Positions 23,720 through 31,435 of a stretch of 32,000 bases of DNA are shown one piece after another. The DNA is taken from NCBI GenBank assembly GCA_001595785.1, contig LSSJ01000022.1:21957-53956 (forward strand), in the 5' to 3' direction. This DNA is from Euryarchaeota archaeon SM23-78 (GTDB taxonomy: Archaea; Nanobdellota; Nanobdellia; Woesearchaeales; SM23-78). The notes beneath the pieces are model-generated. The model saw only the letters and a program-made list of their open reading frames with translations. It did no database searches and was not told the origin of the DNA. A program made the translations under genes and the position numbers. Numbering within the stretch: the first letter of the stretch is position 1; the number at the start of each line of letters is the position of its first letter.

Positions 23720-25090
23720 TTAGCATTCAAAATTAGAAGGGAACATGTACTGGGTTGGGTCGCGTTGCTTTGCAATAACTAAAATTCCAGTTTCTTTATC
23801 CAAATAATAATCTCCCTTAGCTCTTCCATCCTCAAGCTCTGTGTAAGGTTTTAGTCCAATGCTCTTGAGTTTTTCTTCTCTTTCTTCATAGGTATCATAT
23901 TCTGGGCTTATAATCACATTTTTACCTATTTTTACATTCTTATCTAGAATAACTTTTTCTAATTTTGAACCCTCACCTATATGAGTAATATTTTCATGTC
24001 TGAGCTTATTGTTAAAGAACTCATTCCTATCAGCACCAAGCAATATGCATTCTTTTAATTCAGAGTCTTTCTCCATAAGGGTTTGGTATCCTATAACTGA
24101 ATTCTTTACAACGCATCCTTTTGAAATCTCATCTCCTGGGCTCAGAATACAACTTTGCACAGAGGCACCGCTTGCTATTCTTGGTCCTGGAAGATATCTT
24201 ACAGATGTTCTTATTCTATTAGCTATTAGGTCTAGAGGTGCTCTTTCTTTTGTGAAATCCATGTTGCAGTTAAAATAATCTACAAGTTTACCTACGTCCC
24301 GCCAATAACCATTAAATACATATGCATAAAGCCTACCTTTATTCTCCTTTATGCTAGGAATAATCTCTTTTCCAAAATCATCTCCTGGGTGTTGTTTTAA
24401 AAAAACTTCGAGTTGGTCATGGAAAAAGATGTAGTTACCCATAGATGCAAGGAAATCCAGGTTTGAATTTGAGTTTGGGATTCCGAGGCGGCTTTTTATT
24501 ATTGGGGTTAGTCTGAATTCTTCTATAACCTCCTTTTCTTTAGGTTTTTCAGCAAAGGCTATTATTCTTCCTTGTTCATCTATTTTTATAAGACCAAAGT
24601 CATGAGCCTTGCTTTCTGGAACCAGGTTTGCCATGATGGTTATGTCTGCATTATTACTAATATGTTGTTTTATAGCAGCCTCATAGTTCATACAATACAC
24701 ATGGTCTCCTCCGAGTACAAACACAATTCTTGGATTATATCTATTAATGCGGTGAAGGTTTTTCCTTACAGAATCAGCTGTGCCTTCAAAACGTACAATT
24801 TTTTTTCCTTCTTCATAAGGGTGTACAATCTCTAGTTTTCTATCAATACCATCAAATCCCCATATACTTCCATCTCTTAGATGTCCTATCAATGATCTTG
24901 GTTCGAATTGTGCTGCTATTATGGTGCTGGGTATTCCTGTATTAGTTATGTTGGATACTACATAATCTATAATCCTGTAAATCCCGTGAATTCCTATTGC
25001 TGGCTTAGTCCTCTCTTTTGTAAGTATCTCTAATCTTGTTCCTCTTCCTCCCGCCATTACAAAGGCCAGTACATATTCATCTAGAGCCAT
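23720..25090 (-). CDS. GlgC-like sugar-1-phosphate nucleotidylyltransferase (ADP-glucose pyrophosphorylase family)
   Basis: AFVMAGGRGTRLEILTKERTKPAIGIHGIYRIIDYVVSN matches the GlgC N-terminus. A left-handed beta-helix-like C-terminal half and an extension follow. Confidence 0.8.
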   Translation of the reverse strand: MALDEYVLAFVMAGGRGTRLEILTKERTKPAIGIHGIYRIIDYVVSNITNTGIPSTIIAAQFEPRSLIGHLRDGSIWGFDGIDRKLEIVHPYEEGKKIVRFEGTADSVRKNLHRINRYNPRIVFVLGGDHVYCMNYEAAIKQHISNNADITIMANLVPESKAHDFGLIKIDEQGRIIAFAEKPKEKEVIEEFRLTPIIKSRLGIPNSNSNLDFLASMGNYIFFHDQLEVFLKQHPGDDFGKEIIPSIKENKGRLYAYVFNGYWRDVGKLVDYFNCNMDFTKERAPLDLIANRIRTSVRYLPGPRIASGASVQSCILSPGDEISKGCVVKNSVIGYQTLMEKDSELKECILLGADRNEFFNNKLRHENITHIGEGSKLEKVILDKNVKIGKNVIISPEYDTYEEREEKLKSIGLKPYTELEDGRAKGDYYLDKETGILVIAKQRDPTQYMFPSNFEC

Positions 25091-25156
25091 AAAAGGCTAC
25101 GAAACACAAACCCTTTATAAATATTACTATTAAGTGATAAAAAATTTAAGAGAATA

Positions 25157-25306
25157 TTATCTAAACACAGGATGTATATACTCCTCCTTTGGGTCAGGGG
25201 TTTCTCTGAAGTTCTGCTTAGGACAATTATTGCATTCCTGGGCTACAAAGCCCTTTTTCTTTTTATCAGGGTCAAAACAGATACCATTAATACAATACTC
25301 GCACAT
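25157..25306 (-). CDS. 49-aa Cys-rich (CxxC...CxxC) zinc-ribbon-like small protein
   Basis: Not in the ORF track because it is too short. Sequence is MCEYCINGICFDPDKKKKGFVAQECNNCPKQNFRETPDPKEEYIHPVFR. It is preceded by SD-like GGTGAT with a 4-nt spacer. The antisense 64-aa track ORF (25134..25328) looks spurious. Confidence 0.4.
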   Translation of the reverse strand: MCEYCINGICFDPDKKKKGFVAQECNNCPKQNFRETPDPKEEYIHPVFR

Positions 25307-25380
25307 TTGTATCACCGTTACAGCTTAGAAATATATACTTAATTTTAGAGTTTTTAAATGTTTTGGTTGTTACGGACGAA

Positions 25381-25396
25381 ATGCGCCGACCGGGAA
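25381..25396 (-). repeat. tRNA-3'-end-like 16-mer, copy 1 (minus strand TTCCCGGTCGGCGCAT)
   Basis: It is 16/16 identical to 25834-25849. It reads as T-loop end TT, T-stem 3' strand CCCGG, acceptor 3' strand TCGGCGC and discriminator A. Confidence 0.6.
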
Positions 25397-25453
25397 CAGG
25401 AAGAAAGTTACCAAAAAAGCGCACCTTATTGAAAAGGAATAAAAATACTATTT

Positions 25454-25741
25454 TTACCTGTCACTAAGATAAATTGCTGATTCTCCTGATTGAACAAAAC
25501 CCTTTGTTGCTTGCAGATCCCATGCTTTGCCATCATACTCACGTTCATCTGGCTTGTACTGTTGTAATCTGTAATCAATTGCTTGAACAACTCTTGCTCT
25601 CTCTTGTTCAATTCCCTGGTCAATACCTTTCCATCTTCCTACTTCGTAACTAACAAACATAGTTAACCCTGACAGGGCTAATCCTCCTAAAATACCACAA
25701 ATAGTTTTCTTTGCTTTTTCCTTTTTTATTGAATTTATCAT
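25454..25741 (-). CDS. small single-TM protein, unknown function
   Basis: 95-aa ORF with an N-terminal TM segment (ICGILGGLALSGLTMFV). I prefer it over the overlapping 65-aa ORF in another frame. Confidence 0.45.
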   Translation of the reverse strand: MINSIKKEKAKKTICGILGGLALSGLTMFVSYEVGRWKGIDQGIEQERARVVQAIDYRLQQYKPDEREYDGKAWDLQATKGFVQSGESAIYLSDR

Positions 25742-25815
25742 TTTGTAAAAAGAAATACGGCCTGGATATATAAATATTATGGAATTGTAACTACTATTTA
25801 GAAGATAAAAACCCT

Positions 25816-25836
25816 CATATGAATTTAATTCATATG
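25816..25836. repeat. 21-bp palindrome CATATGAATT-T-AATTCATATG abutting repeat copy 2
   Basis: Perfect 10-bp arms, read directly from the sequence. It overlaps the first 3 nt of the 16-mer. Confidence 0.5.
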
Positions 25837-25849
25837 CGCCGACCGGGAA
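25834..25849 (-). repeat. tRNA-3'-end-like 16-mer, copy 2
   Basis: ATGCGCCGACCGGGAA on the plus strand, identical to copy 1. The flanks are unrelated. Confidence 0.6.
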
Positions 25850-25953
25850 TCCATAATATATTCTTAAAAGATTACAACTTCCCCTTCACTGCCTTACGAA
25901 AAATCATAGATTTTTCTAAATCAACAACCTCGCCTTAAAGGACGAGGTATGTT

Positions 25954-25999
25954 GGTGCTCAAAAACAAAGTTTTTGGCACCTCAAAAGCAAAGCTTTTG
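25954..25999. repeat. two A/T-run hairpin/palindrome units (CAAAAnC-AAA-GnTTTTG family)
   Basis: GGTGC-T-CAAAAAC-AAA-GTTTTTG-GCACC (25954-25981) and CAAAAGC-AAA-GCTTTTG (25983-25999). The first unit plus the following CTCAAAA is homologous to 30236-30267. Confidence 0.5.
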
Positions 26000-26003
26000 T
26001 TGG

Positions 26004-26096
26004 TACAAAAAAGCATAATCGAGCATAAAGCGAGGTTGTTCGGTTCAAAAAAGAAGACCGATCCTCGCAGTGAACAACGAGGTATGCTTTTTTGTA
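26004..26096. other. 93-bp element closed by 14-bp perfect inverted repeats (structured RNA or MITE-like)
   Basis: TACAAAAAAGCATA (26004-26017) pairs with TATGCTTTTTTGTA (26083-26096). The inner hairpin is GCGAGG...TCGG-TTCAAAAAAGAAGA-CCGA-T-CCTCGC. It lies directly downstream of the ZPR1-like gene stop. Confidence 0.45.
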
Positions 26097-26118
26097 AGCA
26101 AAAAATCCAAATCAAAAA

Positions 26119-26667
26119 CTATGTCTTTTTTGCTTTTTCAGAAATAATTGCAGAGTTACCACTAGGGTCATCTATTATCAGCTTTGCCTTGTCCTGGCCC
26201 CACATAACCCTTGTTAGCTTCTTAATCATGTTCTTGGCTTTTTTCTGCTCTACCTTGTCCTCTGCTTCCTCTCTAAGCACATCTGTCATTTTCTTAAATC
26301 TCTGCAGAATGCCCTCAACATTGGTAACATAGCCATTAGAGCTTTCCCCCGGTTCAATCGACCCTACATGTGGAATCTTAACTGTGGCGTTTGATGATTT
26401 TACAACTCTTATGTGCATATCCTTCTCAGAATTAATTTCAAGAGTATACTTACAAGCAGGTTTTTTCTCTTCTGCCTCAACATCTGCTTTGTGATAACCA
26501 CAACTAGAACAATCCATTGAGAATATGTAAGTCTTTCCAAAAAAAGGAACATCCATGTCTGACTCTGAAAGTGTCAAGGTTTTGTTATGACAAATCGGAC
26601 AAGTCTCCCCTTTGATAACAGTAGGAGCGCTCTCTGCTTCTTTTTTATCATTTTTCTTCTTAGCCAT
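26119..26667 (-). CDS. ZPR1-type zinc-finger protein (COG1779-like)
   Basis: CPICHNKT...CSSCGY forms a C4 finger, followed by a ZPR1-like beta domain. The 182-aa size is typical for the archaeal family. Confidence 0.8.
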   Translation of the reverse strand: MAKKKNDKKEAESAPTVIKGETCPICHNKTLTLSESDMDVPFFGKTYIFSMDCSSCGYHKADVEAEEKKPACKYTLEINSEKDMHIRVVKSSNATVKIPHVGSIEPGESSNGYVTNVEGILQRFKKMTDVLREEAEDKVEQKKAKNMIKKLTRVMWGQDKAKLIIDDPSGNSAIISEKAKKT

Positions 26668-26835
26668 TCCACCTCTTTTGTTAGGAATTTGCTTTTTATA
26701 GTTTATTGTAATTCAAACTACTAGTTCATAACACTTATTTTGTTGTACAGAAATCTTTTTAAAACATTAATCAGGGTTTTTTAAAGTTTTTGGATTACAC
26801 TTGAATAACATAGAAATTGTAGAAAAACAAAAAAC

Positions 26836-27243
26836 TTAATCTTCAGTTTCCCCGCTCAAAGGATTAGTTGCTCCCTTAGTCCTGAATATATGGGCAAAAC
26901 TCGGAGTAACAACAACATAGTCATCTCCAAAACCAGCAATGTCTCCTTCAATAGCATCAGTGGTTTTCTTTAACTTGTTAACAGCTCTCTTAAGCTCTAC
27001 CAAGTCCTTGTCTTTCAAAGGCTTGATATTAACCAGAGCAATGGTGTAACCCTCTCTTAAAGAGTCCAGAATAGGCTTTATGTCTGAGAAGTCATTCATC
27101 ACAAAAGGCCTAACAATGATTTTTGAACTTCTACCACGCTCTGCTGCTTCTGAGTTCAACTCAACATACTCGTCTTCTGCCTGGAGATTATCATCCTCGT
27201 CATAAGTCTTCTTCTTCATCCTTTTAATTGAAAAAAACTTCAT
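26836..27243 (-). CDS. sepF: SepF-like cell-division protein
   Basis: IVRPFVMNDFSDIKPILDSLREGYTIALVNIKPL...AIEGDIAGFGDDYVVVTP matches SepF/DUF552. I set the start at the ATG at 27243, 7 nt after SD AGGAGGG. The track ORF extends to 27276. Confidence 0.8.
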   Translation of the reverse strand: MKFFSIKRMKKKTYDEDDNLQAEDEYVELNSEAAERGRSSKIIVRPFVMNDFSDIKPILDSLREGYTIALVNIKPLKDKDLVELKRAVNKLKKTTDAIEGDIAGFGDDYVVVTPSFAHIFRTKGATNPLSGETED

Positions 27244-27391
27244 AAGTCTTCCCTCCTTGCTTCCTCGTATAATCACAAGGATTCTTATTGATAAGTGATT
27301 ATTATTCTGATTTATGCTTGAAATATATAAAACTTTCTGTTTTAAACTTCTTGGGGAAGTTTAATCAAAAAATTTGTGAATTTTTTGTATT

Positions 27392-28441
27392 CTAAGCAAC
27401 ATAAGGCCCTAGCCTCTTCTTGAAATCCTCTATTAAGTACACCAAGCTTGGCTCTGCTTTTAATCTTAATGCTAAATGATAACTAGTCAGGTCACCGAGA
27501 ATGATTGCTGAGAACATCTTGCTCAACAAAGAAGGGCCCCTTATGCCTATCTCTGTGTCACTAATCCCTTTTTTTAACATTATCTCTTTCACAAGGCTCA
27601 TCCTTCTTTGTATTCTTCTATGGTCCTCGTCAAACCTTAGGATTATTGAGTGATAGTTTCCTCTTGGATTCTCAAAGCCTTCAAGCTCATTATGATTCAT
27701 CTCAGAGAAAACGTTGTTAAAAGCCATTATCTTGGAGTTTTCATTGAACTGGCATTTCCATCTGTAACCAACTGCTTCAAAGCGTTTGCTTGTATATATA
27801 ATCGGTGTCTTATATATCAGTTTTTCTGATAATGCCATGGCATTTCTTTCCAAGATTTGAAGTTGTGGCTTTAAATCATCTTTTAACCTAAACACTTCTT
27901 TTGCTCTGCTCTCAACCAATCTTAATCTTTCTAAGATTCTCAACATCGCAAAGAACTGTGTAGTCATACCTGTTCGTGGCTGGTACCTTGGAGGCGTTGG
28001 TGGCAGTATGACTATTGGAGTTCTTGAAACCTTTGTATATTCCTCTAGTTTGCCTCCTTTTGAAATAGCAATTACTCCGCAGCCCCTTCTCCTGGCCTCC
28101 TTGAAAACAGTAATAGTTTCTTCTGTGTTGCCAGAGAAAGAACAAGCCATTACAAGTGTGTTGGTATCAGCCCACATAGGAAGAGAGTAATCTTGCACAA
28201 CATCCAGGCGTAGTTTTTCATTTGTAAGATAGCTTTGTAATAACAAGCCTGCAATGCTTGAGCCTCCCATACCAGCAACAATAACAGAAGTATATTTTCT
28301 ATTAGTTTTACCCAGGTCCAAGCCTTCTACTAATTTATAGCCTTTCTCTGCTAGCAAAGGGGTTTCTAGGATTGCTCCTCTCATATCATAGGAGTCAAGC
28401 TTCCGGATATCTTCTGGCAGACTAGAACCTTCCTCTGGCAT
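27392..28441 (-). CDS. bifunctional phosphoglucose/phosphomannose isomerase (SIS domain)
   Basis: VIVAGMGGSSIAGLLL and CSFSGNTEET are SIS motifs. I trimmed the start to the ATG at 28441, because the track ORF to 28591 would overlap the divergent MtaB-like gene. Confidence 0.8.
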   Translation of the reverse strand: MPEEGSSLPEDIRKLDSYDMRGAILETPLLAEKGYKLVEGLDLGKTNRKYTSVIVAGMGGSSIAGLLLQSYLTNEKLRLDVVQDYSLPMWADTNTLVMACSFSGNTEETITVFKEARRRGCGVIAISKGGKLEEYTKVSRTPIVILPPTPPRYQPRTGMTTQFFAMLRILERLRLVESRAKEVFRLKDDLKPQLQILERNAMALSEKLIYKTPIIYTSKRFEAVGYRWKCQFNENSKIMAFNNVFSEMNHNELEGFENPRGNYHSIILRFDEDHRRIQRRMSLVKEIMLKKGISDTEIGIRGPSLLSKMFSAIILGDLTSYHLALRLKAEPSLVYLIEDFKKRLGPYVA

Positions 28442-28559
28442 GAGAATACTTCCTCCTCTCTTTTTCCTTATAAAAGTGGTTGTTCTGGATTTTAAATAAT
28501 TTGTGTTAATTAGATAAAAATAAAAAAGTTTTATTAAGGCGGTATTAATTCTGTTTTCC

Positions 28560-29822
28560 ATGAAAATCTTTATTCGAACCTTTGGCTGCACATTGAATCA
28601 ATCTGACAGTGAAGTGATGAGCGGCTTGCTTGTTAAAGCTGGTCATAAACTAGTTGATAACCTGGATTCTGCCGACCTAGTTTTGTTTAACACCTGCACT
28701 GTAAAGGATAATCCTGAGAAGAGATTCTTTTCTGAACTAGAGAAAGTAAATAAGTTAAAGAAGAAAGTTGTTGTTGCTGGTTGTGTTTCCCAGGCAGACC
28801 GTTACGATGAGAGGTTAAAGAATATTTCCGTGGTTGGGGTTAAAGATATTTGTTCTATTGGTGAAATTGTTGAGAGAACTGCTGAGAGAGATGTTGTGAG
28901 GTTATTAGGTGGTAAGGACAAGGAGAGACTTAATCTTCCTAAAATAAGAAGGAATCCTGCGGTTGAAATAATCCCTTTGTGCACTGGTTGTCTTGGGAAA
29001 TGCTCTTATTGCAAAACACGTTTTGCTCGTGGAGAACTTATGAGTTATGATGTTCGTGCTATTAAAAAGCAGTTTGAGAGTGCTGTTAAAGACGGTGTAA
29101 AGGAGATTTGGCTTACCAGTCAAGACACAGGTGCTTATGGCAAGGATATTGGCTTGAGTCTTCCTGAGTTGTTAAGAGTATTGTTAAGTGTTAAGGGTGA
29201 TTACAGGGTTAGGCTTGGCATGCTTAATCCTAATCATGCTCTTGAATTCCTTGACGAGTTGATAGAGATATATAAGCATCCTAACATGTTCAGGTTTGTA
29301 CATCTTCCTGTGCAAAGCGCTAGCAACAAGATTTTGAAGCTAATGAACAGAAAGTACAGGGTTGAGGACTTTGTTAGGATTGTTAAGAAGTTAAGAAAAG
29401 CAATTCCAAAGCTTACAATAGCCACGGATATTATAGTAGGCTTCCCAGGAGAAACCGAAGAGGATTTTAAAAGGACTTACAACTTACTCCAAGAGCTTAG
29501 GATTCCTGTTGTTAATCTGACCAAGTTCTGCCCTAGACCTGGCACTCCTGCTAAGAGGATGAAGCAGCTTGATACCAAGATTATTAAGCAGAGGTCTAGG
29601 AGGATTGGTGAACTCCAGGCAAAGATTATTAATAACCAGGAGTGGTTAGATTGGCAGGGAAACATTATTATTGATGAGCTTGGCAAGGATTATTCTACTG
29701 TTGGCAGAAATGATTATTACAAGCCTGTTGTGGTTAAGAATGTTAAGCTGAAGCTTGGAACTGTTGTAGAAGTAAGAGTTGTAAATGTTATGCAGAATTA
29801 TCTAGAAGCTGTTTTGGTGTGA
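28560..29822 (+). CDS. MiaB-like radical-SAM tRNA methylthiotransferase, archaeal/eukaryal MtaB (CDKAL1) type
   Basis: N-terminal UPF0004 domain (IRTFGCTLNQSDSE, NTCTV, GC), radical-SAM motif CLGKCSYC, and a C-terminal TRAM-like domain. Confidence 0.9.
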   Translation: MKIFIRTFGCTLNQSDSEVMSGLLVKAGHKLVDNLDSADLVLFNTCTVKDNPEKRFFSELEKVNKLKKKVVVAGCVSQADRYDERLKNISVVGVKDICSIGEIVERTAERDVVRLLGGKDKERLNLPKIRRNPAVEIIPLCTGCLGKCSYCKTRFARGELMSYDVRAIKKQFESAVKDGVKEIWLTSQDTGAYGKDIGLSLPELLRVLLSVKGDYRVRLGMLNPNHALEFLDELIEIYKHPNMFRFVHLPVQSASNKILKLMNRKYRVEDFVRIVKKLRKAIPKLTIATDIIVGFPGETEEDFKRTYNLLQELRIPVVNLTKFCPRPGTPAKRMKQLDTKIIKQRSRRIGELQAKIINNQEWLDWQGNIIIDELGKDYSTVGRNDYYKPVVVKNVKLKLGTVVEVRVVNVMQNYLEAVLV

Positions 29823-29870
29823 ACACACCTTATAGCAATCCCCCTCTTAAATCACCTTCTTACAGTCACC

Positions 29871-29981
29871 TTAGATGGTGGCTTTTTTTAAATACCCCCT
29901 AATGAACTCTGCCCTTTTTGGATCTTTTCCTTCTATGTCGTCTAGGTTTACTTCTAGGGGGTCTTCGTGGTATTCTTCCAT
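29871..29981 (-). CDS. 36-aa acidic small ORF (uncertain)
   Basis: MEEYHEDPLEVNLDDIEGKDPKRAEFIRGYLKKATI, preceded by SD GGGGGGTGA with a 4-nt spacer. The track version (to 30101) adds an AT-rich, promoter-like extension. Confidence 0.3.
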   Translation of the reverse strand: MEEYHEDPLEVNLDDIEGKDPKRAEFIRGYLKKATI

Positions 29982-30149
29982 TAATTCACCCCCCTCTAAC
30001 CGATTGAAAACTTTCGGTTTATCTCTATTATATTCCAACAACAATATGTAGATAGTATTACTAATATTTAAATATTGTTGTACTATATCATACTTTATCA
30101 TACAAATTCAAAATATTTAAAAACCCAAAGGCTTTACCCATTTTTGTTC

Positions 30150-30159
30150 TTTATAAATA
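30150..30159 (+). promoter_or_regulatory. TATA-like box TTTATAAATA upstream of the RHH-nucleotidyltransferase gene
   Basis: It would place the TSS near 30185, so the palindrome array would sit in or at the start of a ~100-nt leader. Confidence 0.35.
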
Positions 30160-30192
30160 ACTAAAAAGCTAAGAGGGGAACATGAAGGTCAT

Positions 30193-30259
30193 CAAAAATC
30201 AAAGATTTTTGGGACAACAAAATCAAAGATTTTGAGTGCCAAAACAAGTTTTTGAGCAC
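30193..30259. promoter_or_regulatory. array of three palindromic units (candidate operators or leader hairpins)
   Basis: CAAAAATC-AAA-GATTTTTG (30193-30211), CAAAATC-AAA-GATTTTG (30218-30234), and GTGC-CAAAA-CAAGT-TTTTG-A-GCAC (30236-30259). SD GGAGGTGA follows at 30273-30280. Confidence 0.55.
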
Positions 30260-30284
30260 CTCAAAATTTCATGGAGGTGAAATT

Positions 30285-31121
30285 TTGAAGGAAAGGGTTA
30301 CTCTGACAATAGAAAAAGAAATCCTAGGAAAAGTAGACCAAACCGTTAATGGCACAGACGTCAAGAACAGAAGTCATGCAGTAGAACTCCTGCTCACCAA
30401 AGCCTTTGGAGAGAACAAGCCCTCAAAAGCAATAATACTAGCAGGAGGCAAAGGCACCAAAATGAAGCCAATGACCAACTTCCTGCCAAAACCCATGCTA
30501 AGAATACACGACAAACCTATTCTAGAGCACAACATAGAACTATTAAAAAGACATGGCATAAAAGACATAATCATAAGCATAGGCTATAGAGGAGAAAAAA
30601 TAAAAGAATACTTTGGAGATGGAAGCCAGATAGGAGTAAACATCACCTATGTAAAAGAAAAGAGCCCCTTAGGAACAGGAGGACCCCTTAACCTATTAAA
30701 AGGCAAGATAAACGATACCTTTGTAATGCTGAACGGAGACGAACTAAAAGACATAGACCTAGAAGACATGTTCATGTTCCACAGAAAAAACAAGAGCACA
30801 GCCACAATAGCCCTAACCACAGTAGAAGACCCATCAAAATATGGAGTAGCAGTTATGAACGGCAACAAAATAATGACCTTTATAGAGAAACCAAGCAAAA
30901 CCAATGCACCAAGCAAACTAATAAATTCAGGACTCTACATCCTAGAACCAGAAGTGTTCAAGATAGTGCCAGAAGGATTCTCAATGATAGAGAATGATGT
31001 GTTTCCCAAACTAGCCAGCAATGACAAACTCCTAGGTTATGTGTTCTCAGGCCAATGGTTTGATACAGACACACCAAACAGATTTACAGAAGCAGAAAGG
31101 GAATGGCAAGGACTGAAATAA
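30285..31121 (+). CDS. ribbon-helix-helix (CopG-like) domain fused to a sugar-1-phosphate nucleotidylyltransferase
   Basis: I set the start at TTG 30285, 4 nt after GGAGGTGA. The track uses TTG 30252. The RHH is KERVTLTIEKEILGKVDQTV...NRSHAVELLLTKAF. The transferase part shows AIILAGGKGTKMKPMTNFLPKPML and NGDEL. Confidence 0.8.
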   Translation: MKERVTLTIEKEILGKVDQTVNGTDVKNRSHAVELLLTKAFGENKPSKAIILAGGKGTKMKPMTNFLPKPMLRIHDKPILEHNIELLKRHGIKDIIISIGYRGEKIKEYFGDGSQIGVNITYVKEKSPLGTGGPLNLLKGKINDTFVMLNGDELKDIDLEDMFMFHRKNKSTATIALTTVEDPSKYGVAVMNGNKIMTFIEKPSKTNAPSKLINSGLYILEPEVFKIVPEGFSMIENDVFPKLASNDKLLGYVFSGQWFDTDTPNRFTEAEREWQGLK

Positions 31122-31435
31122 TTCTCATGAAAATAACCCCATTCCAAAGAAAAGTGTATGCCCTTCTAAAAAAAGTTCCAAAAGGAAAAGTAACTACATA
31201 TGGAGCACTGGCAAAAAAACTAAAGAGCAGCCCAAGGGCTGTGGGGCAGGCTCTCAGAGTTAATCCGTATGCGCCCAAGGTTCCGTGTCATCGAGTGGTG
31301 AGCAGTGATGGAAGTATTGGGGGGTTTAGAGGAAAAACACAAGGCAAAGCAGTACGAGAAAAAATAGGTTTGTTAAGAAAAGAAGGGATTAAAATAATAA
31401 ATGGCAGAGTTGAAAAATCAAGTTTTTCATTCTAG
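31103..31435 (+). CDS. ogt: methylated-DNA-protein-cysteine methyltransferase, C-terminal domain only
   Basis: TTYGALAKKLKSSPRAVGQALRVNPYAPKVPCHRVVSSDGSIGGF contains the active-site PCHRV. An alternative start at ATG 31127 avoids overlap with the upstream gene. Confidence 0.8.
   Translation: MARTEIILMKITPFQRKVYALLKKVPKGKVTTYGALAKKLKSSPRAVGQALRVNPYAPKVPCHRVVSSDGSIGGFRGKTQGKAVREKIGLLRKEGIKIINGRVEKSSFSF

Noticed and set aside
26029-26069. Acceptor-plus-T-arm-like minihelix considered as a tRNA or split-tRNA gene
   Set aside because: It has no D arm or anticodon arm and only a 4-bp T stem with an oversized loop. The 5' and 3' strands pair only as a simple hairpin. I report it only as part of the structured region.
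25949-26332. 127-aa plus-strand ORF
   Set aside because: Its 3' two-thirds are antisense to the well-supported ZPR1-like gene. Its 5' part is the hairpin-rich intergenic region.
28442-28591. N-terminal 50-codon extension of the PGI/PMI ORF
   Set aside because: It would overlap the start of the divergently transcribed MtaB-like gene and consists of AT-rich promoter-like sequence. The ATG at 28441 gives a normal SIS-protein N-terminus.
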